Positions 28,386-42,500 of a stretch of 64,000 bases of DNA are shown here, in pieces; within the stretch, counting starts at the first letter, position 1; each line of letters starts with the position of its first letter. Location of the stretch: positions 4,267,902 to 4,331,901 of the forward strand of contig MU053652.1 of the NCBI GenBank assembly GCA_013239625.1, given 5' to 3'. The notes under the pieces are model-generated. The model worked only from the letters and a program-made list of their open reading frames with translations, did not search any database and was not told where the DNA came from. The DNA comes from Lama guanicoe. Lineage: Eukaryota. The translations under genes were made by a program, and so were the position numbers.

Positions 28386-31300
28386 GGAAAGGAATAGAAT
28401 TTGCCTGGTTTATGTTAAAACCATTTTGAAGAATACACATTTTGAAAAATTGTTATCCTTAACTTCCATCCACCCCACACTTTACTAATTTTATTAAAAT
28501 CATTTAGTATAGTTATATTAATCCTAATGGTAAAAGATTTGCTATAAAGATGTAATTTGGGTATGGTTTAGCTCATGCTAGGAGTTAACATCTTTTCTCT
28601 TTCAGCCTGTTTTTGAAGAATCTACATTCATTTCTCTGAACTTTTTTCCTACCAGAATTCATGGAAACAACTTACAGCTATTGCTTTATGTGACAGGCAG
28701 ATATCACTGATCTCTTTAGAGTGTTTGAAAAGAAAGAAACTTATTTTGAGATGGATTTTGAAGCCTATTTAACATGGACTATTATGAACACTTAGTAGTT
28801 TTCTTTGTCCACCTCTAGTAACCAAAATTAGTAGACAGTGTAGAAAGCAATGGAAGGAAAGACCATCTTTTTGTAGGGCTGATGAGTTATGCCACTCATT
28901 TGTTCTAAGTTTGTAATTTAGATAATAAGAAGGAGACACAATCTGTGGGTTAGAGGTTACCTCAAAAGTTTTATTGTTTCTAGTTCAGTCAGGAAACTGA
29001 AAAGGAATGATGAAGAGAATAAACATAAATCAGTGGGAATCAAATCATGCTTTGATGGACTGAGTTGGTGTTGTAATGTTTAGTTTATTATATATCCATG
29101 AAAATTTTCTTCTTCTAAATATATTAGAAAGGTCATAGGTCATGAAGTATCAGCTTCAAATTTCTTTCTTAGTAATGTTCCTCTTTGGAATTTCTTGATT
29201 CTTCAGCCTAGTTCTAAAACTTAGAGTCTGTTTTTTCTGTGGCAAGTGCAGTCATTGATTTGATACATCTGAAAATCTAGACATCTTTTAATGCTTCTGC
29301 TCTCATCCTCTAATCAGGTGACTGTTAAAACATGTTTTTGAAAGGCAGGCCTTCTAGAAAATAGAAAAAATTCTTATACAACTTCTGTGGATCAGTTATT
29401 TCAGTGAACTTAGGAATACTGTATTCTTTGCATTGCTGGAAACTGGGAGTGAATGATAAAACCAAAGACCTTTCTACTGAAGAGTTTACCAATCTGACTA
29501 TATTGTCTAATGTAATTACCACTAGTCAGATGGCTATTGGGACTACTTAAAGTTAGTTAAAACTAAATAAAAGTTAAAATCTATTCCTTATTTGCACTGT
29601 CACATTCCAAGTCTTGAACAGCACAAATATAGACATTTCATGTCCTTGTTGTAATGGAGGCTGTGAATGAGAATTTGTTATGATATTTCTGTTGACATGG
29701 TAGTCTGTTATCTGGTGACATTCATCTTTATTTGGACTAGTTTATTTCTCGTCTTCCCAGGCATTGGACCAGAGTTGATGGTTTGAACCAGGATATAAAA
29801 TTATCAGGGCACTGTTACATTTTTAAAATTATAACATAGTTTTCTTCCAAAAAGTACCAGATATTTCTTCATATTTTCAGGTTGATTGCACTGATGTTTA
29901 TGAGGGAAGTAGAAAATATGTTTAATAAGGTTTCTTACTGTATCAGTTTAGCCGGTATTAGGTGTGCAGTTCAGTGGCAATAAGTACATTTATGTTGTTG
30001 TGCAGTCATCATCACTTTCCATCTCTACAACATTTTCATCTTCCCAAAATAAAACTGTGTACCTGTAAAACAATTATTCTCCATTCCCTCCTCCCTACAG
30101 CCCCTGGCAACCACCGTTGTGCTTTTTTTGTCTCCATGAATTTGACTGCTCTATGAACCTCATATAAGTAGAATCAAACAGTATTTGTCCTTTTTGTGAC
30201 TGACTTGTTTCACTTAGCATACTGTCCTCAGGGTTCATCCATGCATCATGTGTCAATTTCATCCCTTTTTAAGGCTGAATAATGTATGTACCACATGTTG
30301 TTTATCAATTCATCTTTCAATGCACACTTCGGTAGCTTCCACCTTTTGGCTGTTGTGAATAATGCTGTTATGAGCATAGGTGTACAAGTATCTGTTGGAG
30401 TCCCTGCTTTCAATTATTTTGAGTATATATCCAAAATGGGAGTTTCTGGATCATTTGATAGTTCTGTTTGTTTTTGAGGAACTGACATGCTGTTTTTTTG
30501 ATATTTCTTTATTTTATATTAAAGAATAGTCAGTTTACAATGTTGTATCAATTTCTGGTGTACAGCACAATGCTTCAGTCATACATGAACATGCATATAT
30601 TTGTTTTCATATTCTTTTTCACTATAACTTACTACAAGATATTGAATATAGTTCCCTGTGTTATACAGTATGAACTTGTTGTTTATCTGGATTTTATAGA
30701 ATTTTAAGCTGTGTTGAACTTTAATTCCTAGGAAGTTGAGCTTGCTCACGTTGCCTCTGCTGTATATCCATAGCTTGTACTGTGTATTGAAATATTACCA
30801 CAGCATATTTTACTGCTGACAGGTGAAGTTCCAGAGAGAAGCTTTATTTCTGTTTATTGGAAGTTCACAGGATTGCTAGTGGGGATGATTTTGTAGTATT
30901 TGGCATGCAGAACCCCTTGAAAGTACTGATGTAATTTTCCTCTTTCTGGTAGAGTTCCCAAAATGAAAATATTATGAAACTTGTATTTTATTTTATTTTT
31001 TTTGGTGAGAAATTTTCTATTAACAAAGTTTACATTATGGTTTTTGCTTATTTTTTTCAAGCCCATAGCACTCTTCAGTTTTTCTCTGTATTAACTGTTT
31101 GTATGTTCTGTCTCAGTCATAGTTTATACCGTTTAAACAGATGGCCCTAAAGCAAAAGAATATACTTAGAACTAGTCTTGGAAAATGTACATTTTTACGT
31201 AAGCATTCAGAGTTTTCTAACACTATAATGCTTTTTTCTTTCTTCCTTTTTTTTTTAACAATAGCTTAAGCTAGACAGCTCATATTTCTATAAGATTGAA

Positions 31301-34300
31301 AAACTTGAATCTTCAACAAAGTGTTAATGTATGCTTAATATGTCTGATAATACTCTAATTCTTCAGGTTTATATGAGTTATTTTAAAACTTGCTCAGATA
31401 GGCAGGAGTAGAGACCAGAGATTAAAGGAAATCCATTTTCTTTATTTTTGGCTTTCAGGAAATCCTTACATGCGCTACCCATTTGCTTCAAATGAAATGG
31501 TTTCAAGCTTGGCATTTTCTACTTTTAAAGCAGGGCTCCCTAGTACAGTTAGTGAGGCCCACAGTGAAGTGATTATCGAGGAATGCATGCTTTAGTCACT
31601 CCTAACCCAACTTGATTTAATGGATCTAGATATATTTATCTTTTTTCAGGATAATATTTGAGATTAATATTCACATTCATAGGTGGCTGAGTGTTTTTAA
31701 TTTGTATAGAGATTCTTTACACTTGACATGAAAAAATTTTGGCAAACCTTCTCTGTACCATATTATGTGTGACCAACAGCTACAGGTTTGAGCCGAAGTT
31801 TATTTGACAGAGGTCATTATGACAGGATTGTTTGAAAATGCTTGTCCCAGAAACACTGGGATTTCATCAGAAACTGAGGAGACCACAGTGTGCAGTGCTC
31901 TTGCCATTTGGTCTTACTGATTCCTTTCATTGAGATCAAGATAGAACAGTGCATATGGACACTACAGTTTTCCAAAGTTGACTTGAAGATTCATTTCTCC
32001 TGGACTTTGAATGGCTTATGATGTTTTAAAGAATTATTTTTAGCCAGGAATCTCTTCCCTCTTAAGGGAAATAATACCTCCCTTTTAATTATCTATTCAA
32101 TTATTATGGGGATGGCTGTGAAAATGTAAGTTGGCTGAACTTGTCTCTTAAATAAAAGAACTTTTTGGTTTTAGGAAAGTTATTTTTGCATACATGGGTA
32201 TTCCATGGTTCTGGGAGTTTTTTAGGAACTTTATGATTATTTTTCACTACTACTCTGCTTTTGGAGTGGGAGTTGTTTACTCATCACTGCTGTGGTAAAG
32301 GTATTAGCTAAGTTTCATTTCATCATGGTTTCTGTATTTCAGGCCATTTTGCAAAACAAGTTATTTTGAAAAATAACATTTTTAGGTAGCGATGGTGATC
32401 TTTTGCAATCTATAGCTTATATTTTTCCTAATACCTGTTCAAACCATTTTCTTTGCTTGCTAAGAAGACCATCAGAAAGTAACTTATGTCAGATGTAGCA
32501 ATTTGTCTTAACTTTGTGAAATTTTCATAAAGGATTAGATAACAAAAAACTTAAGATAGTTGACCAACTTAAGAAGTTACTTTCTCTGTTTCAGGTTAAT
32601 TAGACTTGTTTGTTCTTTACATGTCTCATGAAAATGATTTTTTCTGGATTTGGGAAATTGTGATTTTTGTAGCTCAATACCACATTATTACAGGGCTTGT
32701 GTCTAAAATGTTGCATTCTCTGGTAGTTATTTTAGGGGTTCTTTTTACTCTGTGCTCCTGCCTAGTCTCTCTCCTTCCAGTATATTCTAAATCTTTATTT
32801 AATAAATATATGATTCACTAATTGAAATACTTAAAATAGGTATGGCAACCTGACACATTTGTTACTTTTCAAATCTCATTGAAATATTTGTATTTCCAGA
32901 ACCTCATTTCCTATTTGCCAGAGCTCTTCCATTTTCAGTGAGGTATTTTGAGTAATGCTGCTTAATTTGAGGAGTTTTTGTGTAGGATTAACTAGCAACT
33001 CTAATCTGTTTCTGATTCTTGGCAGCTAATGAATCCTTAGGCCCCTGCCTGAGTGTGTGCTTCCATTGTTGAGGGCCTGCTCAGTGATTTCGATTGATTC
33101 AGCAGTTTTAGAACTGTTGGTGTAGAAGTGAGTCTTGGAGCAATAGTGCACCATTAAAGAAAAAAAATGGCAAGTACTTTTAGGATCTGCTGTGAAGTAT
33201 AATGAAAGACTTTAGAGCATGTTAGTGAAAGGATTGCTGGGCCATAGCCTGCTTCATATTCATCACATAGTCATGGAAATATCTTTTGAAAAGTCTGCTA
33301 TAAAGGCCTGTTCTGCTACTGCTTTGTGAAATGGAAGATTGGAATTAGATGCTTAAATGGAAAATGTTCTCTTGTTGCAGCCTCTTTGAAATGTGCTGCT
33401 AGTGGGAGCTGCAGCTTCCTCCTGCTGACTCTGAGCCCCAGGCTTCGGTTGAGATGGTCCTTTCAGAAATGTGGAGCTTAGTACAAGCCTGGATTTCAGT
33501 GGGTAGCACCTGGCATCTGTGGCTAGAAAGTCCTATGAAGTGTAAGTGCTTTATTCTCTCCTTGTAAAGAATTCCTTTTCCTTTTCTTCTTTCTGCAGCT
33601 TAGCAGAGGGGGAGAACAGTGAGCAATGTACTATATAGTGTCTAGGGAATCGGGATTTGGTTGCATTTTCTTAATCATTCGGTGATCAAAGCAAGATTAC
33701 TTGTTTTTGGATGCCAATAATTCTTAAACCCTCCTGGAATTCAAAAATGAAGGGACAAATTATGACCCCTTAATATATATTACTGGCAGTATCATCCTGG
33801 GTAATTTTTCATTGACAGTTTGCTTAGTAGTGTGTGATACTCAAGTTTGCCATATTTCTTTAGAAGTCACTCTTGTATTTTGTTCTTATTCCGAAAGACA
33901 AATATTTGAAAAGAGAGGCACATTTGACCAGTGGGTGAGGCAGTATCAAGATAAATAAGGATGCTGGAAATAAGAAGACAGCTCTTCTTTCACTTTGGTT
34001 CTACTTCATACATTTACACAAGGAGCAATATGGAAATTTTTTTAAGACTGATTCCTCATGGAATATCCTAGAAAAGACGTATAGCTGCAATCTATATTTT
34101 GGTTTAGTTAAAAAACAAAAAACTATAACAGCATAATGAGCATTAGAAGATGCAAATTCCATATTTTGTTTAGTTGCTTGGGATTAACTGTTGTTTTCCT
34201 TTTTCTCTATTTCAGAAACACTGGTAATATTTTACATAAGCTCATTCCAAAAAAGGACTCCCATTTTCAGGAAACTTTAAGGTTCTCTTCATTTTCATTT

Positions 34301-34849
34301 TTCTGAAATTCTTAAATCTTCAGATTTTGGCTAGGAAAATACTGAGCTTCTCATCATTAAAACAAAATATATATTTAAAACAAAACAAAACCAAGGCTCC
34401 ATCTATATAAGGCTATTGAAGTTCTGCAAATGAGGACCCTGAATGAAAAATGTCTCATCCTTTCAGGGCCTTGGTTTTCTTTATCTAAAGAACTGGTTTG
34501 CTTGTTTTCTGTTGCCCTTTCTCTCTCTAAACATTGTGGATTCTGTTCTTTTTTTTTTTTTTTTTTTTGTTTTTTTTTTTTTTACCCAACCCAGTAAGTA
34601 TCTCAGCTACCTAGTAAAAGAATGGGCTTTATCTTTGGGAAAACGAAGTGGTGTTTTAGACATACGAGATGATGGTATTTTGTCATTTTGTTTCATGTTT
34701 AATAATTTAATACACATTTGTTTAAGTGCCTCTGTGGCCAGGGCATTTTGAGAGATGCAGAGATGATTTAAGGTTGTGCTTAACTTTTGAAGAGTTTACT
34801 GTCTATTAGAAAAGATGAATAAAGGCCCAAGTAATTACAATATAAAGTT

Positions 34850-37800
34850 CTACAGTTGAACTGTTACAGTCATGGGTACCTTTGTAGAAAGGTAAAAGGT
34901 TCTCCTCCAGTGTTTTCTCTTTATCTGTGGCTTTCTGGAGTTTGAATATGTGTTTAGTATGTGTTTGTGTTGGGGAGTAGGAGACGGAAACATTCTCTCT
35001 TTCCCTTGTCTACTGTAGTTTTTAGCAGTTCCAGGATCCGCTTTTTTCTTTGGTGGGGCTTTCTCAGTGATTCTGTCTTCCTCTGTGGCTGTGGCATTCA
35101 TGCTGTCTTATATCTGGTGGGCTTTGGGCAGAATAAATATGTTTGCCCTTTTTTCAGTGGTAGGAGACATCTGTGGTGGTATTGCTACAGTATCATGGGC
35201 TCAAGACTGTTTTATGCCTTATCCTGTAGGGGCAGAGGTTTTTTCCTTTACCCTTACAGCGACAGCAGTGTGCCTTGGGGTGGCATGATTTGCTCCCCTT
35301 CCCACACAGGTTATGGCTTTTGTTCGGGAGGTCCAGTCAGTAATTTTTGTGCCCATTCTGCAGTTGTGGCTACTCCTCGCCTCAAGGACTGTACCACCAA
35401 GGAGGTTTTCTCTGGTCTCCTACCCTACCACCTGGTCTTTGTCCTGAGTGTTTAGTGGAGGTCTGTGGATAAGAGCCTGTAGGTGGTTGTGAACTCCCCT
35501 TGTGTCCATGTTTCCCAGGGGTTTTATATGTCCATACAGGCCCACACTCAGTCTTTTATCAATTTGTTAATAACTTTGAGTTTTTATTACCTGCTTGTCT
35601 GATGTCCCACATCCCTTCTGTCTTTGTTCTGCCCCAGATGAGCCAGTGTTTGCCTTCTATCTCCATGGAGAGATCTGTCTTTAGGCTTCAGTCTGCTTGA
35701 TTGTCCTGGGACCTCAGCTTTCTGATGTATTTAAGAAAAGTTGTTTTGTAGTTTATTTGCTTTTGTTTATTGTTAACTCAAAAGCAATGTTCTTTCCAAC
35801 TTTATACATCTTAGGTGGATGTGAAATTCCTCTCAGGTGTATAGATTCATTTATTTTAAACCCCACAAGATACTGCTTTATATAACCAGTGTTCATAGAT
35901 ATTTATTCACATACTTAGCCTTTCAAGTACTCTTCATTCCTTCCTGATTGCCGTGTTTCCATCTAGAATTATTTTCCTTTTGTCCAAAAAACACCCATTA
36001 GTGTTTTCTTTTTTATAGGTCTGTTGGTAATGAACTCTCCTTCTCTTATCGTTTTTTTCTTTTGGTCTCAAAATGTCTTAATTTTGTTGCATTTTGGAAG
36101 GATTTTTTTTTTTTTGCTGGGTATAAAATAATCAATTGGCAGTTATTTTCTTTTAGTACTTTGAAGATATTTGCTTCCCATTTTTAATTTTGACAAGTCA
36201 GCTGTCGGTCTGATTGTTATTCCTTTAAAGGTAATTCATTTTTTTTTTCTGGCCTTTAAGATTTTCCTTTTTTGTCTTTAGCAGTTTTTTAGCAGTGTTA
36301 TTATGATGTGCCTAGGTTTGGTTTTTCTGTCCTTAGGGTTTATAGAGCTTCTTAAACTGTGCCTTGATATCTTTTACTGGTTTGGAAATTTCTCAGCCAT
36401 TCTCTTTATTTTTTTTATTAATTAATTAATTTATTTATTTATTGAAGTACAGTCAATTACAATGTGTCAATCTCTAGTATACAGCACAACGTCCCAGTCA
36501 TGCATGTACACATATATATTCATTTTCACATTTTTTCTGTTAAAGGTTATTACAAGATATTGAATATAGTTCCCTGTGCTATACAAAAGAAACTTTTTTA
36601 AAAAAAATCTATTTTTATATATAGTAGCTAACATTTGTAAATCTCAAACTCCCAATTATCCCTTCCATCCCACTTTCTCTGGTAACCATAAGATTATTTA
36701 CTAAGTCTGTCAGACTGTTTCTGTTTTGTAGATGAATTCATGATGGCCTATTTTTGTTTGTTTCCAGATTCCATATATGAGTGATATCATACGACATTTT
36801 TCTTTCTCTTTCTGGCGTACTTCACTTAGAATGATGATCTCTAGGTCCATCCATGTCGTTGCAAATGGCATTGTTTTATTTTTATGGCAGAGTAGTATTC
36901 CATTGTATAAATATACCACAACTTCTTTATCCAGTCATCTGTCGAAGGACATTTAGGTTGGTTCCATGTCATGTCAGCCATTATCTTTAAATAGTGCTTC
37001 TGCCCCATTTTTTTCTTTTCCTTCTGGGATTTCAATTATATATATGTTAGACTTTTTTCACTGTATCCCACATGTCACTTGCATTCTTCTCATTCTTAAC
37101 CTTCTATCCTTTTTTGACTTTGTGCTTCAGCTCTTATTTTCTGTTGACCTGTTTTCTAGCATGGTAATCTTTTCTTCAGTTGTCTGATTTGCTTTTTTAC
37201 TCTTCCATTTAGGTCTTAATTTCAGTTACTGTATTTTTCATTTCTAGAATTTGTCTTTGGTTTTTTTTTTTTATAGATTTCATTTCTTAATGGAAACTAA
37301 TTTGTCTAATTCCTTAAATATATTAATCAGCTATTTAATTTTTCACAACTGTTTATTTTGAAAAATTTATAACTTGGAAGAATTGTATAGTAAACACTTG
37401 ATATAATCCCTTCTCCTCGATTTGACAGTCCGTGTTTGATTTCTGTCTGTCACTTCCTTTCTGTTCCTCTCTGTTCTCTGAGAACATTTTGGAAGTAAAT
37501 TGCAGACCTTATAATGCTGTACCCCTATAAACATTTTGACATCTAGCTTGTAAGAACAAGGACATTCTACTGAACTAAAGCCATTTAAGAAATTTAACAT
37601 TGATACACAATAATATTGTCTAAATACACAGTCCCTATTCAAATTTCCCAATTATTTCAGTTACAGATACCTAGCTTTTAAAAAATTTTATTTTCCCTAA
37701 TCAGGATCCAATCAGGGATAATGCATTGCTTTTAGTTGTTATGTCTCTAGTTTCCAGTTTTGTTTTTTTTTAAAGTGACAGTGACATTAAAAAATGTTCA

Positions 37801-39590
37801 GGCTCATTTTTGTCTTTGTTTTTAATATGACCCACTCACTTGGATTTGGATTTGTCTAGTTGTTTTCTCATGATTGCAGTCAGCTGAAACTTTTTTTGGA
37901 AGAATACTATATTGATGAAAAAATGTTTTCAGTGAATCGCAGCAAGAGTTACATAAAATCTGTTTGTCCCATTATTGGTGATGTTAAGTTTTATTACTTT
38001 GGTTAAGACATCACAGTTACTTTAGTTATCATATTCTCATCTGATAATTCCGTTATCTAGATACGTTATTTTCTATTGTCTGTCCCTCTCCCCCCCCCCG
38101 TTTTTTGCTTTTGTTTAATAAATAGTGGATATATTTGTTTATGAAAAGTTGAAGAGGTAATAAATGTTTTTCTCCTGAGATCATTTCTTTTGTTTCTGGC
38201 AGGTCTTTATTATAGGACCAAATTCTTTTAACCTAAGAAGGGATTGAGCAGATTCTAAACTGTGTTTCTTTTTTTGTGTGGTAAAATACATGTGACATCA
38301 AATTTACCATTCCAACCATTTTAAAGTGTAAAATTCAGTGATTTTTCAGTACATTCACATTGCTGTATGACCATCACCACAGTCCATCTCCAGAACTTTT
38401 TTTTATCTTCTATAAGCGAAACTCTACCTATTAAATAAATGGTAACTCTCCCCATTCTCCCTCCCGTTGATCCCTGGCAACCAAAATTCTAAGTTTATCT
38501 CTTTGAATGTAACTATTGCAGGTACCTGATATAAGTGGAATCATACAATATTTGTCCTTTTGTGTCAGGCTTATTTTACTTAGCATAATATACTCAAGGT
38601 TCATCCACGCTGTAGCATGTAATAGAACTTCCTTCCTTTTTAAGACTGAATAATAGTCCATTGTATATATATATACCACGTTTTGTTTATCCATTCTTCT
38701 GTCAATGAACATTTGAGTTGTTTTCAACTTTTGGCTATATGAAATATGCTGCTATGAACATTGGTGTATAAATATCTGTTTGAGCCCCTGCTTTGAATTG
38801 TTTTGGGTATATACCCAAAAGTGGAGTTGCTAGATCACATGGTAATTTTATTTTTAATTTTTTTAGGAATCATTATTATATTTTCCATATTGGCTACACT
38901 ATTTTACATTCCCACCAGCAGTGCACATTGTTATAATTTCTCCACATCCTTACCAATACTTGTTTTCTATTTTCTTGGTAGTAGCTCACCTAATGAGTGT
39001 GAGGTAGTATCTCACTGTGGTTTTGATTTGCATTTCTCTAATGTTCAGTGATGTTGAGCATCTTTTCCTGTGTTTGTTTATTGACTGTATACCTTTTTGG
39101 AGAAATGTCCATTCAAGTTTTTTGCCTATTTTTGAATTCAGTTGTTTGGTTTTTTTGTTGTTGTAGGAGTTATTTATATATTCTGGATATTAACCCTTTA
39201 TCAAATATGTCATTTGCAAATATCTTCTCCCATCCTGTAGGTTGCCTTCTCATACTGATTGTATCTTTTAATGATGAATAGAAGTTTAAAATTTTGATAT
39301 CCTTCAGTTTCTTTTACTTTTGTTGCTTATGCTTTTGATCCAAGAAATCATTGCCAAATTTAATGTCCATGATATAATAGGTTTATAGTTTTACGTCTTA
39401 CGTTTACGTTTTGATCCATTTTGAGTTAATTTTGTATATGATGTAAGATAAGGGTCCTGTTGTCCTTGTTGAAAATCACTTGACGCTATATATATAATAT
39501 ATATATATGTATTATATATATATATATGCGCAGATTCATTTCTGGGTTCTCTGTTCCACTGGTCTGTGTCTGTCTTTACCCTAGTACCAA
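34850..39590 (-). mobile_element. Cluster of old antisense L1 fragments with a nested young L1 3' end (36405-36970)
   Basis: ORFs 36710..36919 and 38431..38727 give L1 ORF2-end/3'UTR translations; degenerate ORF1-like antisense sequence at ~35950-37330. Confidence 0.7.
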
Positions 39591-39594
39591 ATTT

Positions 39595-42500
39595 TTTCTT
39601 TTTTGGTGGCAAAAACACATAACATGAAATTTACCCTGCCAACAATTTGAAGTATACAGTATGATATTGTCAATCACATGCACATTGTTTTGTGTAATGG
39701 ATCCCCTGGACCCCCTATCCTGCATGACTGAAACTGCATTCACTGAACACCTCACCTCGTCTTCTCCGAGCCCCTGAGTTTGACTGCTTTAGATACCTCA
39801 TATAAATAGAATCATGCAGTATTTGCCTTTTTATGACTGACTTATTTCACTTAGCATAATGCCCTCAAGGTTCCTCTGTGTCATAGCACATGACAGGATT
39901 TTCTTCATTTTTAAGATTATTATTCCATTAAGACTTAATGATACTCCATTGCATTTATATACCCCATTTTCTTTATCCATTCATCCACTATTGGACCTTC
40001 AGGTTGCTTCTACCTCCTGGCTATTGTGAATAATGCTGCAGTGAACTTAGGTATGCAAGTATCTTTTTGAGATCCTTTTTTCTGGATATGTGTCTGGAAG
40101 TGGAGTTGCTGGATCATATGGTAATTCTATTTAAAGTTTTTTCTGATTAAACTATATTAGGTTTTTAATATTATCTAAGAGGTAGACAAACCTGTCAAAG
40201 TTAACTAAATTAATCTATATTATTTTTAAAATAATCCAAGTAGAAAACCTGTCAAATTGAATAGATGGTTTATTTTAATAATACAGAATGCTATAATTAC
40301 CACATTTATTTGTTTTAACTATATGTTTTACTCAGAATTTTTTGGTGGAATTTTCAGTAGTTCCCACTCACCCCACCCACTTTAAAAAATGAAGTATAGT
40401 CAATTTACAATGTTGTGTCAATTTCTGGTGTGCAGCGTGATGGTTCAGTCATACATATACATACATATATCCTTTTCATATTCTTTTTCATTATAGGTTA
40501 CTATAAGATACTGAATATAGTTTCCTGTGCTATACAGTATAAACTTGTTTATCTCCTTGTTATACAGTAGTTAGTATCTGTAAATCTTGAATTCCTAGTT
40601 TATCCCTTCCTTCCCCCTTTCCCCTCTGGTAACCATAGTTTGTTCTGTATGTCTGTGAGTCTGTTTTTATTTTGTAAATAAATTCATTTATGTCTTTTTT
40701 TTAGATTCCACATGTAAGTGATATCTTATGGTATTTTTCTTTCTCTTTCTAGCTTATTTCAGTTAGAATGACAATCTCCAGGTACATCCATGTTGGTGCA
40801 AATGGCATTATTTTACTGTTTTTTATGGCTGAGTAGTATTCCATTACATATATATATACCATTTCTTTATCCATTCATCTTTCAGTAGACATTTAAGGTT
40901 GTTTCCATGTCTTGGCTATTGTAAATAGTAGTATTATGAACATTGGGGTGCATGTGTCTTTTCAAATCAGAGTTTTCTCAGGTTATATACCCAGGAATGG
41001 GATTACAAGGTCATATGGTAAGTTGTATGTTTAGTTTTTTAAGGAACCTCCATGTTGTCCTCCATAGTGGCTGCACCAGTTTACATTGCCACCAACAGCG
41101 TATGAGGGTTGCTTTTTCTCTACACCCTCTCCACCATTTATTGTTTGTAGACTTTTTAACGATGTCCATTATGACTGATGTGAGGTAATACCTGATTGTA
41201 GTCTCGGTTTGCATTTCTCTAATAATTAGTGATGTTGAGCCTCTTTTCATGTACCAATAGAGAAATGTTTATTGAAGTCTTCTGCCCATTTTTTATTGGG
41301 TTGCTTGTTTTTTTGATATTAAGCTGTATGAGCTGTTTGTATATTTTAGAAATTAGTCTCTTGTTGGTCACATTATTTGCAAATATTTTCTTCCATTCTG
41401 TGGCTTGTCTTTTCATTCGTTGATGGTATCCTTAGCTGTGTAAAAGCTTTTAAGTTTAATTAGGTCCCCTTTTTTTTTCCATTTAAAAATATTTGCTTTT
41501 ATTTCCATTACTCTAGGGGCTGGTTCAAAAAAAATTGCTGACATTTATGTCAGAGAGTGTTCTGCCTATGTTTTCCTCTAGGAGTTTTATAGTATCTGGT
41601 CTTACTACATTTAGGTCTTTAATCTACCTTGAGTTTATTTTTGTGTATGGTGTTAGAGAATGTTCTAATTTCATTTTTTTTTAATAAATTTCATCCCCTC
41701 GCCCCCCCAATTTCATTCTTTTACATGTAGCTGTCCAGTTTTCCCAGCACCATTTATTGAAGAGACTGTTTTCTCTCCATTGTATATTCTTGCTTTCTTT
41801 GTCATAGATTAATTGACCATAAGTGCATGAATTTATTTCTGGACTTTCTATCCTGTTCCATTGATATACGTGGTCTATTTTGTGCCAGTACTGTACTGTT
41901 TTGATTGCTGTAGCTTTGTAGTATAGTCTGAAGTTAGGGAGCATGATTCCCCCAGCTCCATTCTTACTTCTCAACTTGGGGTCTTTTGTGTTTCCGTACA
42001 AATTTTAACACTTTTTGTTCCAGTTTTGTGAAAAATGTCATTGGTAATTTAATAGGGATTGCGTCGAATCTGCATATTGCCTTGGGTAGTAGGCCATTTG
42101 AACAATATATTGATTCTTCCAATCCAATAACATAGTATATCTTTCCATCTGTTTGTGTTGTCTTCAGTTTCTCTGATCAGTATCTTAACAGTTTTTGGAG
42201 TACAGGTCTGCCTCCTTAGATAGGTTTATTCCTAGGTACTTTATTCTTTTTAATGTGATGGTAAATGGGATTGTTTCCTTAATTTCATTTTCTGGTATTT
42301 CATTGTTAATGTATAGAAGAGCAATTGATCTCTGTATATTATTTTTGTATTCTGCAACTTTACTGAATTCATTGATGAGCTCTAGTAGTTTCTGGTAAAA
42401 TCTTTAGGATTTTCTATGTATAGTATCATGTCATCTGCAAATAGTGACAGTTTCACTTCTTCTTTTCCAATTTAGGTTCTTTTTAATTCTTTTCGTCTTT

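Noticed and set aside
34961..35455. 164-aa ORF in intron 1
   Set aside because: Lies in degenerate antisense L1 sequence, is Phe/Cys/Ser-rich from T-rich composition, and has no convincing splice or start context.
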